32,000 bases of DNA from assembly GCA_048886185.1 (NCBI GenBank), contig JBHLKY010000001.1, positions 60,001 through 92,000 of the forward strand. The letters run 5' to 3'. Under the pieces are notes generated by a model. That model worked only from the letters and a program-made list of their open reading frames with translations, had not been told where the DNA came from and did not search any database. Positions 1-9,588 of the stretch are shown here, piece after piece (within the stretch, counting starts at the first letter, position 1; each line of letters opens with the position of its first letter). Source of the DNA: Candidatus Hermodarchaeota archaeon (GTDB lineage: Archaea > Asgardarchaeota > Heimdallarchaeia > Hodarchaeales > Hodarchaeaceae). Position numbers and translations under genes: made by a program.

Positions 1-1
1 C

Positions 2-154
2 AGTTATTTTATCTATGTGATCCATCTCATGATCGCTGGTCCCATGTTGATAGTGGAAGTTCCATTTGGGAAATGGTCTCATATGCTCTATAGACCTCTA
101 GCAATTTATTGTGCAACAGTAAAGGAAAAAGCTAGGTTATTAGCTGGGTCTTAA
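2..154 (+). CDS. 3' end of a membrane protein, QmoC/HdrE(NarI)-like C-terminus (5'-truncated by window edge)
   Basis: Hand translation from nt 2: SYFIYVIHLMIAGPMLIVEVPFGKWSHMLYRPLAIYCATVKEKARLLAGS*, stop TAA 152-154. The HL...PxxKxxHxxYRxxA pattern resembles the heme-b-binding last helices of QmoC-type subunits. Not in the ORF track. Confidence 0.6.
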   Translation, partial: SYFIYVIHLMIAGPMLIVEVPFGKWSHMLYRPLAIYCATVKEKARLLAGS

Positions 155-400
155 AGTAATTTCAAATTGAATTGATTGTTCTAAATAATGTCTAGGACAA
201 GCTGATTCAGATGGATTCATGATAGCATCAAGAAGACATTCAATAATTGAACATTCTATTGAAAAAGTGGCGAAAATCATCAATGAACAAGTACAAATAA
301 CTGGGTACTGCTTCTGAAATACAATATTAACTCAATAATAAAATATATACTTCATTAATTATAAAAAGAAATGAAATTATAATTAATTGGAGAACTGTTA

Positions 401-1231
401 ATGGAAAGTTTTAGCTGCAGCTTGAATCATCCAATTTATGATGTCTTATCAAACAAAACTCGATTAGAAATACTTCGGATTATTGCTTGTGAACATAACT
501 ATGGGAGTCGAATTGCCTCCATTTTAAATGTATCAGCGCCAGCCATCCATAGACATCTGAAGTTCCTCTCACAAACTATGAAAGACCAAGATATGAAGAA
601 CTTTACTTTCATAAATCCATCCTATAAAACAACTGAAAGTTTTTCAGGTTATAAAGGCGCAGAAGCGACGATCTACGAAATAGGTACAAAAATTTATCTT
701 TCTTTTGCCCTATATCCCAACTTTACGCATTCACACATTTACCAATCATCAGTATCTGACGATCTACAAGAGTCAAACATCAATCCTGTACCTAATAACT
801 CAACTCCACCTAAAAACAAACCTTTTACAAGTGATAAAGAGAATAAAGAAATGGAAAAAGAAGACATATCATATAGCAAGTCTCTTAATAAGTTTTCAGA
901 ACTTTACAAACAAATCCAAGTTAAAAATCAGCATATTAGAGACTTAGAAGAGAAAATCATAGAAGAGTTTGAAGAAAAGAATAAGATAATGAAAGAAATT
1001 GATAAAGTCATTCTTGAACATAGTTCTTTAAATTTTGATGAACGAGTAAGTCTCCGTGCCTTAGCTTGTCAAGGTTCTCGTTGCCTTCCTAATCTTCCAG
1101 AATTGCTTAAAAAAGATGTAGAAATCGTTAAAAAAGTTTTAAGAAATATCAAAAGTAAAGGTTGGTTTGATTTAACAGGGGAGGAAATTGATTTCGAAAA
1201 TTTATCCGATATTCAATCTAAATCTTTTTAA
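401..1231 (+). CDS. ArsR/winged-helix transcriptional regulator with extended C-terminal coiled-coil region
   Basis: N-terminal DVLSNKTRLEILRII...IASILNVSAPAIHRHLKFL is an ArsR-type HTH. GGAGA RBS-like sequence and an AT-rich promoter region upstream. Confidence 0.8.
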   Translation: MESFSCSLNHPIYDVLSNKTRLEILRIIACEHNYGSRIASILNVSAPAIHRHLKFLSQTMKDQDMKNFTFINPSYKTTESFSGYKGAEATIYEIGTKIYLSFALYPNFTHSHIYQSSVSDDLQESNINPVPNNSTPPKNKPFTSDKENKEMEKEDISYSKSLNKFSELYKQIQVKNQHIRDLEEKIIEEFEEKNKIMKEIDKVILEHSSLNFDERVSLRALACQGSRCLPNLPELLKKDVEIVKKVLRNIKSKGWFDLTGEEIDFENLSDIQSKSF

Positions 1232-1834
1232 GAAGGGTGTCATAATAATTTCAGATCAATCCAGAGTAAAATAAATTCATTCACTCTGCAAATTTCAAAG
1301 AAAAAGTATTTTTTTGGATTATAGCGCTGAAATAGAAACAGAAATTACCTTTTTAAATAATAAATCGAAGAGACTTAAGTGGAGCCGTGAGTATTGGTCT
1401 TTCATTGCCCCACTAACCTTAGAGACAAACCAGCTTAATCTGGAAGCGAAAATGACACCTTTTAGAAAGCCAATTCCTATGATGAGATAGATGTAAATTT
1501 GGTTGTGATGACAAATTTCTCTGCAGGAACGCCAGTGACTCTGACTAGAATTCAAAATCTTTCAATAGATACTAGGGCTGATATTAGGAAAGATATCCTA
1601 ACTGTGGCTGTTGGTTGTACGATGCTTGGATTCAAAGAACGTAACTTTACCATAGCAATGACTTAAGAAACTAAACCTCGAATTTCATATCAGAAAAAAT
1701 GAATCTTAAAGATTATAGACCTAATCAGAGATTTAAGATAGGCTTAAGCTATATTAGACAATAATTAAAATATCACTCCAAATTATCAGAGTTTGATACC
1801 TATGAAGTGAAATCTAAAGTGGTGGTTAGAAAGG

Positions 1835-3244
1835 ATGGATGAATTTAGAATTGAAGTTGATAGTTTAGGTAAAGTAAAAGTTCCAAGAGAGAGATATTGG
1901 GGGGCACAAACTCAACGTTGTCTTGAAAATTTTCCTTTTAGTTCCTTAGGGAAAATTCAGTTTTCCAGTGAATTCATTCGAGCTTTGGGCGTTATTAAAA
2001 GGGCATCAGCAGAAGTTAACAGAGATCTTGGTCTATTATCAACAAAGAAGTCAGAGCTTATAGTTAAAGCTTCTCAAGAAGTTATTGATGGCAAATTTGA
2101 TAATGAATTTCCACTTGTAATTTGGCAGACTGGATCAGGTACTCAAACAAACATGAATATGAATGAAGTAATAAGTAATAGAGCAATCGAGCTTAGTGGT
2201 GGTAAAATAGGCTCTAAGTGTCCCATACATCCTAATGATGATGTCAATTTAGCTCAGTCTTCTAATGATGTAATTCCAACAGCAATGCATATTTCTGCTG
2301 TTGAACAGATAATGGTTAAGTTATTACCATCTTTGACGCATCTAAAGACCATTTTGAGAGAGAAAGAAAAAGAATTTCAAGACATCATTAAAACTGGTCG
2401 AACTCATTTAATGGATGCTACACCAATAACACTTGGACAGGAATTTTCAGGATATGTCACTCAAATATCAAACAGTGTTACACGAATTCGTAATACATTG
2501 CCTCATTTATATGATCTAGCGTTAGGAGGTACTGCAGTAGGAACAGGGTTGAATTCTCATCCTGAATACGCAGAACGGGTAGCGAAACGTATTACAGAAC
2601 TTACAGGTTATCCCTTTATATCAGGAAAAAATAAATTTGAGGGTATAGCAGCTCACGATGCAATTGTTGAAACTAGTGGGGCTCTTAAAGTTCTTGCAGT
2701 CAGTTTAATGAAGATAGCAAATGATGTTAGGTGGTTGTCTTCTGGTCCAAGAACTGGATTTGGTGAGCTTATTATCCCCGCAAACGAACCTGGATCCTCA
2801 ATAATGCCAGGAAAAGTCAACCCAACTCAACCAGAATCAGTTATTCAAGTAGTGACTCAGGTTTTAGGTAATGACGTAACAATAAGCTTTGCAGGCTCAC
2901 AAGGAAATTTTGAATTGAATGTATTTAAACCAGTGATGATTTATAATTTATTACAATCTATCCAACTACTTGCGGACGTTTCTGTGAACTTTGCAGATCG
3001 ATGTATAAAAAATCTTAAAGCTAACAAAATTAGAATTAAGGAGAATTTAGATAAGAATCTAATGCTAATAACAAGATTGAGCCCAATCATTGGATATGAG
3101 GCTGCAGCTGAAGTAGCACATGAAGCTTACAAGACTGGGAAAACTTTGAAGGAAATAATTCTTGAAAAAGGTATAATGAAAAATAAAGAGGATATAAATC
3201 GGGCCCTAGATCCAAGTAAGATGATATCACCAGGATTTCAATAA
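1835..3244 (+). CDS. fumC: Fumarate hydratase class II
   Basis: Signature GSSIMPGKVNPTQ, plus WQTGSGTQTNMN, GRTHLMDATP, GGTAVGTG and GNFELNVFKP; 469 aa. Confidence 0.97.
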   Translation: MDEFRIEVDSLGKVKVPRERYWGAQTQRCLENFPFSSLGKIQFSSEFIRALGVIKRASAEVNRDLGLLSTKKSELIVKASQEVIDGKFDNEFPLVIWQTGSGTQTNMNMNEVISNRAIELSGGKIGSKCPIHPNDDVNLAQSSNDVIPTAMHISAVEQIMVKLLPSLTHLKTILREKEKEFQDIIKTGRTHLMDATPITLGQEFSGYVTQISNSVTRIRNTLPHLYDLALGGTAVGTGLNSHPEYAERVAKRITELTGYPFISGKNKFEGIAAHDAIVETSGALKVLAVSLMKIANDVRWLSSGPRTGFGELIIPANEPGSSIMPGKVNPTQPESVIQVVTQVLGNDVTISFAGSQGNFELNVFKPVMIYNLLQSIQLLADVSVNFADRCIKNLKANKIRIKENLDKNLMLITRLSPIIGYEAAAEVAHEAYKTGKTLKEIILEKGIMKNKEDINRALDPSKMISPGFQ

Positions 3245-3384
3245 TTATTAAATCGCATTGCTAATGTTGATATTCTAAATCGATTATTCTCAACAAATAC
3301 ATGAGGACTATTTAATCTTTTAACTAAAGAATTACGAAAAAAACTATACCAAATTTTAAATCTTAGCTCTTCATTCTTTTGCAT

Positions 3385-6078
3385 ATGAATGAAATAAATG
3401 AACAGATTATATCTCAAACTAAATCTAAACAAGATTTGGGTTTAGGCGAATGTACGGTTTATAGCTTACCTACTCTAGCAAAACTTTCTGGAATCAATCT
3501 TGATAAACTACCCTTTTCTATTCGTGTACTCCTTGAAATTGGGCTACGTAATTTTGATAATAAACTAGTTACTCTCGAACATGTTAATACAATTGCAAAC
3601 TGGCCTCAAACTACTGGACAAACTATACCTTATATGCCCTCTCGTGTTCTTTTGCAGGATCTAACAGGAGTACCGTTGATTGTGGATATGGCAGCAATTC
3701 GAGATGCCATCCATGGATTAGGTGGAGATCCAGCAAAAATAAATCCTTTGATTCCGACAGATTTAGTCATTGATCATAGTGTTCAAGTGGATTATTATGG
3801 CGTTCATAATGCTTATCCGCTAAATCTAGAGAAAGAATATGAAAGGAATAGTGAGCGCTATAAATTAATAAAATGGGCTCAAAATTCATTTGATAACACA
3901 AGAATTGTCCCTACGGGTTCTGGAATATGTCATCAAGTTAATTTAGAATATCTAGCCTCAGTGGTGGATATGCGTGAATTTAGAGGTGAGATGACTGCAA
4001 TTCCTGACACATGTGTCGGTACGGATTCGCATACTCCCATGGTGAATGGAGTAGCTGTGATAGGATGGGGTGTTGGAGGAATAGAGGCAGAAGCGGTAAT
4101 GTTAGGTCAACCTTATTATATGCCATTACCAGAGGTTATTGGAATAAAACTGACTGGAACTCTATCAGAAGGGACAACCGCGACAGATCTTGTACTTACA
4201 ATCACTGAAATTCTTAGAAAAAGAAATCTTGTGGGGAGATTTGTAGAATACTTTGGTTCAGGCTTAGTTAATCTTACTGTTCCAGATCGTGCAACAATTT
4301 CAAATATGTCTCCTGAACAAGCCATTACTATTGGTTTTTTTCCAATTGATGATCAGACACTTGCTTATCTTAAATTAAGTGGTCGTGATGCAGAGCATAT
4401 TAAGTTCATCGAGAATTACGCAAAAAATCAGAGACTCTTTAGATATCAAGATTCTCCAGATCCAGAATTCTCAGAAGTTATTGAAGTTAATTTAAGTGAG
4501 GTTGAACCTTCGGTCTCAGGTCCATTGAATCCTGAAGAACAGGTTACCCTTTCAGATGTCAAACCTAGAGTACACAAGTTTTTGAATGAACATGCAGAGA
4601 GGCGGAAAAGAGATCAACTGACTGTCAAAGTTGAATTAGATGGAATACCTTGGTTCATCAAAGAGGGTGATCTAGTTATCGCTGCAATAACTTCTTGTAC
4701 AAATACCTCAAATCCTTCCGTTATGGTCGGTGCAGGGCTATTAGCTAAGAAAGCAGTAAAATTAGGGTTGCGAGTCAAGCCTATTATTAAAACAAGTCTA
4801 GCTCCTGGTTCAAAAGTTGTTACTGACTATCTTGAGGATCTTAAACTCACACCATATCTTGAATCCTTAGGGTTCCATCTTGTTGGATATGGATGCACAA
4901 CTTGTATTGGTAATAGTGGTCCTTTGAGAAAAGAGATTGAAAACGTGATAAAAGAAAATGATCTATACGTGACGTCGATTTTAAGTGGGAATAGAAATTA
5001 TGGTGGACGAATCCACCAACTCACTCGTGGAAACTTTCTTGCTTCTCCAATGCTAGTTGTAGCCTATGCTTTGGCTGGAACTATTAACATTGATGTAAAA
5101 AATGAGCCCATTGGTTACACTCCGAACGGAAAACCTATTTTTCTGAAAGATATCTGGCCCAGTCAGGAAGAAATTCAAGAAGCAATTGACAAATTTATTT
5201 CAGCGGATATTTATAGGACAGAGTACGCAAAGATAACAGAAGGTGATCCCTACTGGAAAAAATTAGTTGCTCCCACAACAACTCTCTTTGAATGGGATTC
5301 CAGTTCAACATATATTAAAAAACCTCCCTTTTTTAGTGAACGATTTTTCTCTCCCACACCTACAGAACCTGATGACATCAAGAATGCTAGTGTGCTGGTC
5401 TTGCTTGAGGATAAAGTGTCAACCGATCATATTTCTCCTGCAGGAGCTATTGCGAGTGAAAGTCCCGCAGGTAAGTATCTAATAGATAAGGGAATCCCTA
5501 AAACAGAATTTAATACATATGGTAGTCGAAGAGGGAATCATGAAGTGATGATGAGGGGTACTTTCGCCAACATTCGGGTTAGAAACCAGTTAACCCCAGG
5601 AAAAGAAGGATGGTGGACTAAATATCATCCAACTGGCGAAATCATGAGTGTATATGATGCAGCAATGAGATATGATAAAGAAAACGCTTCAACAATCATC
5701 TTAGGTTCTGATCTATATGGTGTTGGCAGTTCAAGAGATTGGGCTGCAAAAGGCCCTGCTTTATTAGGAACTAAAGCAGTAATTGCTAAATCTTTCGAAC
5801 GAATTCATCGAAGTAACCTTATTGGAATGGGGGTACTACCATTGGAATTTGAAATTGGTCAGGGATGGCAGGAACTCAGTTTAGATGGAACAGAGAAATT
5901 CGATATTGAAGGATTACGCGATGGTTTAACTCCAAAAAAGAAGCTTAAGGTGACTGCACGTAAATCGGACGGTTCCTTACTCGAGTTTTCTGTCACAATG
6001 CGTTTGGATACGGATATTGAAATTGAATACTATAAAAGTGGAGGGATCCTACAATACTTAGTTTCAACAATTGGTTAA
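3385..6078 (+). CDS. acnA: Aconitate hydratase A (AcnA/IRP-like)
   Basis: RVLLQDLTGVP, DLVIDHSVQVD, GICHQVNLEYLA, VGTDSHT, AAITSCTNTSNP, GYGCTTCIGNSG, TDHISPAG, YGSRRGNHEVM and GSSRDWAAKG. ATG at 3385 is preferred over the TTG at 3379. Confidence 0.97.
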   Translation: MNEINEQIISQTKSKQDLGLGECTVYSLPTLAKLSGINLDKLPFSIRVLLEIGLRNFDNKLVTLEHVNTIANWPQTTGQTIPYMPSRVLLQDLTGVPLIVDMAAIRDAIHGLGGDPAKINPLIPTDLVIDHSVQVDYYGVHNAYPLNLEKEYERNSERYKLIKWAQNSFDNTRIVPTGSGICHQVNLEYLASVVDMREFRGEMTAIPDTCVGTDSHTPMVNGVAVIGWGVGGIEAEAVMLGQPYYMPLPEVIGIKLTGTLSEGTTATDLVLTITEILRKRNLVGRFVEYFGSGLVNLTVPDRATISNMSPEQAITIGFFPIDDQTLAYLKLSGRDAEHIKFIENYAKNQRLFRYQDSPDPEFSEVIEVNLSEVEPSVSGPLNPEEQVTLSDVKPRVHKFLNEHAERRKRDQLTVKVELDGIPWFIKEGDLVIAAITSCTNTSNPSVMVGAGLLAKKAVKLGLRVKPIIKTSLAPGSKVVTDYLEDLKLTPYLESLGFHLVGYGCTTCIGNSGPLRKEIENVIKENDLYVTSILSGNRNYGGRIHQLTRGNFLASPMLVVAYALAGTINIDVKNEPIGYTPNGKPIFLKDIWPSQEEIQEAIDKFISADIYRTEYAKITEGDPYWKKLVAPTTTLFEWDSSSTYIKKPPFFSERFFSPTPTEPDDIKNASVLVLLEDKVSTDHISPAGAIASESPAGKYLIDKGIPKTEFNTYGSRRGNHEVMMRGTFANIRVRNQLTPGKEGWWTKYHPTGEIMSVYDAAMRYDKENASTIILGSDLYGVGSSRDWAAKGPALLGTKAVIAKSFERIHRSNLIGMGVLPLEFEIGQGWQELSLDGTEKFDIEGLRDGLTPKKKLKVTARKSDGSLLEFSVTMRLDTDIEIEYYKSGGILQYLVSTIG

Positions 6079-6140
6079 TGGAGAGTTAATCGTAGAATTA
6101 TATGTATTTTAGAAAGAACTGAAAAAGATGTGGTTAGATA

Positions 6141-6620
6141 ATGGAATATGGAGATTATATTCTTAATTTATTCCGAAAAGATCCATGCGAACGTTTAATT
6201 CGTAAACAACTTAATACTTTACCTGAAACCGCAAGTATTAGAGAAGCCATTAACTCAATGCTAGCTAATGAAATAGATTATGTATGTATATTAGACAATC
6301 AAGAGAGATTTAAAGGTATCGTAACAGAAAAACTGATTGTGCATTGGGTGAAAGATAATAATCTGAATGAGCAAGCTCCAATAAGTACAATAATGTCAAC
6401 TGAATTAGAGTGCTGTATGGATAGGAGTGAACCGATATCTAAACTTGTGATGACAATGAATAGGAATAATTTCATGCATATGCCCATCATCGCCGAAGGA
6501 AAAGTGATAGGTGTCGTTTCAGTACGTGATTTTGTTTCTTATCTCGTTGATTATTTCGCTGAGAGTATTTATACTCTCATACCAGATCAACCTGACCAAA
6601 AAAAGAGAGAAGGAGCTTGA
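6141..6620 (+). CDS. Stand-alone CBS-pair (Bateman) domain protein
   Basis: Two CBS motifs (ETASIREAINSM...VCILD...GIVTEKLI; MNRNNFMHMPIIAEGKVIGVVSVRDFV). Confidence 0.88.
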   Translation: MEYGDYILNLFRKDPCERLIRKQLNTLPETASIREAINSMLANEIDYVCILDNQERFKGIVTEKLIVHWVKDNNLNEQAPISTIMSTELECCMDRSEPISKLVMTMNRNNFMHMPIIAEGKVIGVVSVRDFVSYLVDYFAESIYTLIPDQPDQKKREGA

Positions 6621-6643
6621 CCAGCGATATTCGGTGAAATTTT

Positions 6644-8527
6644 ATGGAAGAAACAGTCTCAGAGGAGAGGAAAACAGCTCATGAAAAAGAAATTTCAATT
6701 CTTGATCATGTTGTGATTCGACTTGCAGGGGATAGTGGAGATGGTATGCAATTAGCTGGATTGAAATTTACTACAGCATCTGTTATTTATGGCAATGACA
6801 TTTCTACTTTTCCCGATTTTCCAGGAGAAATTCGAGCGCCCGCAGGTACACTTGCTGGTGTTTCGGGATTTCAGATTCATTTTTCTTCAAAGATTATCTC
6901 TACCCCTGGTGATGACTTAGATGCTCTTGTAGTAATGAATCCTGCTGCATTAAAGGTCAATCTGTCAGATTTAAAATCAAAAGGAATCCTGATAATAAAT
7001 CAAGACACATTTACAGACAAAAACTTAGAAAAAGCTGGTTATAATCAAAATCCCTTGGAGGATGGGTCACTACGAAATTATCATGTTTATCCAGTTAGTA
7101 TAACTAAACTAAATCAGGCAGCTGTGGAATCTGAAGGGCTATCTTTTAAACAAATTAACTTAACAAAGAATTTCTTTGCTCTCGGATTAATATCTTGGTT
7201 GTATGATCGTCCTCTTACCCCAACTGTTGAATGGATTGAAAAAAAATTCAAACATCGTCCTGAAATAGTAAAAGCAAATATTAAGACATTAAAAGCGGGA
7301 TATAATTTTGGAGAAACTACTGAACTATTTCCAATTCAGTATCATGTGCCCCCAGCTAAAATGAAACCAGGTCTCTACAGATACATCTCTGGTAATGAAG
7401 CCTTGAGTTTGGGTTTAATCGCTGCAGCCAATCTGGCAAAAAAGGAACTTTTTTATGGTGCATATCCTATAACACCTGCTAGTGATCTTCTACATGAGCT
7501 TGTAAAACATAAAGAGTTTGGGATACGGGTTTTTCAAGCTGAGGATGAAATAGCAGCCATTGGTTCAGCCATAGGAGCTTCATTTGGAGGAGTTCTTGGA
7601 GTTGCAGGAACATCAGGCCCAGGATTTGCCTTAATGACTGAGGCTTTAGGACTTGCAGTTATTACTGAACTTCCCCTTGTAGTAATTAATGTACAGAGAG
7701 CAGGTCCTAGTACAGGAATGCCCACAAAACCAGAACAGGCTGATCTATTACAAGCACTATTTGGTCGAAATGGTGAGTCTCCTTTGCCAGTGATTGCTCC
7801 ACAGACACCTGGGGATTGCTTTGAGATTGCAATCGAAGCAGTGAGACTCGCTACTAAATATATGACTCCCATTATAATTCTTAGTGATGGTTATGTTGCA
7901 AATAACATTGATCCATGGAAAATCCCCGATTTGCAACAGTACCAAGAAATAGAAGTTCATCATCCCTCAAGGGATATTCTCAAAAATTCTGAAGATTTCT
8001 ATCCATACATTCGAAATGAGAATTTAGCTAGGCCATGGGCAATTCCTGGCACTGTTGGATTAGAATATCGCACTGGGGGTCTTGAGAAGGAGGTTGAGAC
8101 TGGTAATGTTAGTTATGATCCTTTAAATCATGAAAGAATGGTTTTAATACGAGCAGAGAAAATTAAGAGGATTCAGAATGACATTCCATTACAAAAGATA
8201 GAGGGTCCAAAAAATGGTGATTTACTAGTCCTTAGCTGGGGTTCAACATATGGAGCAACTCATACTGCTGCGGAAAATATGAGGAAAAATGGGTATAATG
8301 TTGCAAATACAAATTTAAAATATCTAAATCCCTTTCCTCGGAATTTGGAGGAAATTTTGAAGGCTTATGATAAAATCTTAATCCCTGAGATGAATTTAGG
8401 ACAATTACAGTTTTTAATTCAGGCACGATATTCAATTGAAACTGTTAAATTATCGAAAGTACAGGGGAGACCAATCCAGGTGAGTGAGATCCAAAATAAA
8501 ATTTCAGAAATTTTAGGAGTGGAATAA
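6644..8527 (+). CDS. korA: 2-oxoacid:ferredoxin oxidoreductase alpha subunit with fused gamma domain (KorA-type, probably 2-oxoglutarate)
   Basis: N-terminal gamma domain AGDSGDGMQLAG and PGEIRAP; YPITPAS, QAEDEIAA, TSGPGF and QRAGPSTGMPTK. GGTGA RBS upstream. Confidence 0.93.
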   Translation: MEETVSEERKTAHEKEISILDHVVIRLAGDSGDGMQLAGLKFTTASVIYGNDISTFPDFPGEIRAPAGTLAGVSGFQIHFSSKIISTPGDDLDALVVMNPAALKVNLSDLKSKGILIINQDTFTDKNLEKAGYNQNPLEDGSLRNYHVYPVSITKLNQAAVESEGLSFKQINLTKNFFALGLISWLYDRPLTPTVEWIEKKFKHRPEIVKANIKTLKAGYNFGETTELFPIQYHVPPAKMKPGLYRYISGNEALSLGLIAAANLAKKELFYGAYPITPASDLLHELVKHKEFGIRVFQAEDEIAAIGSAIGASFGGVLGVAGTSGPGFALMTEALGLAVITELPLVVINVQRAGPSTGMPTKPEQADLLQALFGRNGESPLPVIAPQTPGDCFEIAIEAVRLATKYMTPIIILSDGYVANNIDPWKIPDLQQYQEIEVHHPSRDILKNSEDFYPYIRNENLARPWAIPGTVGLEYRTGGLEKEVETGNVSYDPLNHERMVLIRAEKIKRIQNDIPLQKIEGPKNGDLLVLSWGSTYGATHTAAENMRKNGYNVANTNLKYLNPFPRNLEEILKAYDKILIPEMNLGQLQFLIQARYSIETVKLSKVQGRPIQVSEIQNKISEILGVE

Positions 8528-8531
8528 TGCA

Positions 8532-9548
8532 ATGAATAAATCTGAAGAAGTTTTAGCACCAAAAGATTTTGCTACAGATCTTGATGTTCGCTGGTGTCCA
8601 GGCTGTGGAGATTATGGAATTCTTGCAAATGTCAAGAAAGTCTTACCAACTTTAAATATACCGAGGGAGAATATTGTGTTCATTAGTGGCATTGGTTGCA
8701 GTTCACGATTTCCCTATTATATGAATACATTTGGAATGAATACAATTCACGGTCGGGCTCCAGCAATCGCTACAGGACTTAAATGTAGTCGTCCTGATCT
8801 ATCTGTCTGGGTTATCACTGGAGATGGGGATGGGTTGAGTATTGGAGGGAATCACTTGATGCATGCAATGCGTAGAAATGTTGACATCAAAATTCTCCTT
8901 TTCAATAATCAGATTTATGGCTTGACAAAAGGGCAATACTCTCCAACTTCAGTTTTCGGCAAAAAAACCAAATCCTCACCCGAAGGCTCCATTGATTATG
9001 CAGTTAATCCTATTTCATGGGCTCTTGGTGCTGAGGCAACCTTCATAGCTAGAACTGTTTATTCATATGGGGATCATATGAGAGAGGTTCTCCAACGAGC
9101 TGCGAGTCACAAGGGGACAGCATTCATAGAAATTTATCAAAATTGTTTGATTTTTAATGATAGGACGTTCGAATATGCCACAGATAAAGAATTACGTTAT
9201 GATCACATCTTAGAACTCAAACATAATGAACCTATGGTTTTTGGTCGTGATGAAGAAAAAGGAATATTTCTTCACGGTTTAACACCCAAAGTCATTAGTT
9301 ACAAAGAAGCAGGCTTTACTAAGAAAGATTTACTTTACCACGATGAATATGCTTTAGAACCCACCTTGGCATTCTTTTTATCACGAATGCGGTATCCTCA
9401 TTTCCCTGAACCTGTTGGTGTATTTCGAGCAATACAAAAGGAAACTTACGATGAAATGTTAGACCGATCGATAAAAGAAGCTAAGGAGACTAGAACCAAA
9501 TCACTCCAAGATTTACTTTACGAAGGAGAAACTTGGACTGTTACCTAA
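8532..9548 (+). CDS. korB: 2-oxoacid:ferredoxin oxidoreductase beta subunit (ThDP-binding)
   Basis: WCPGCGD, SGIGCSSR, TIHGRAPAIATG, GDGDG and YGLTKGQYSPT; starts 4 nt after the alpha stop. Confidence 0.95.
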   Translation: MNKSEEVLAPKDFATDLDVRWCPGCGDYGILANVKKVLPTLNIPRENIVFISGIGCSSRFPYYMNTFGMNTIHGRAPAIATGLKCSRPDLSVWVITGDGDGLSIGGNHLMHAMRRNVDIKILLFNNQIYGLTKGQYSPTSVFGKKTKSSPEGSIDYAVNPISWALGAEATFIARTVYSYGDHMREVLQRAASHKGTAFIEIYQNCLIFNDRTFEYATDKELRYDHILELKHNEPMVFGRDEEKGIFLHGLTPKVISYKEAGFTKKDLLYHDEYALEPTLAFFLSRMRYPHFPEPVGVFRAIQKETYDEMLDRSIKEAKETRTKSLQDLLYEGETWTVT

Positions 9549-9588
9549 TTTGAAGAAAATAGACGCTAAATTAAATTAAGAGGTAACT

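Noticed and set aside
188-317. Short open frame LGQADSDGFMIASRRHSIIEHSIEKVAKIINEQVQITGYCF between the first two genes
   Set aside because: Only 33 aa from its Met, with no recognisable homology or RBS.
1319-1555. 78 aa minus-strand ORF
   Set aside because: No motif or RBS; the plus-strand frames in this gap look at least as protein-like.
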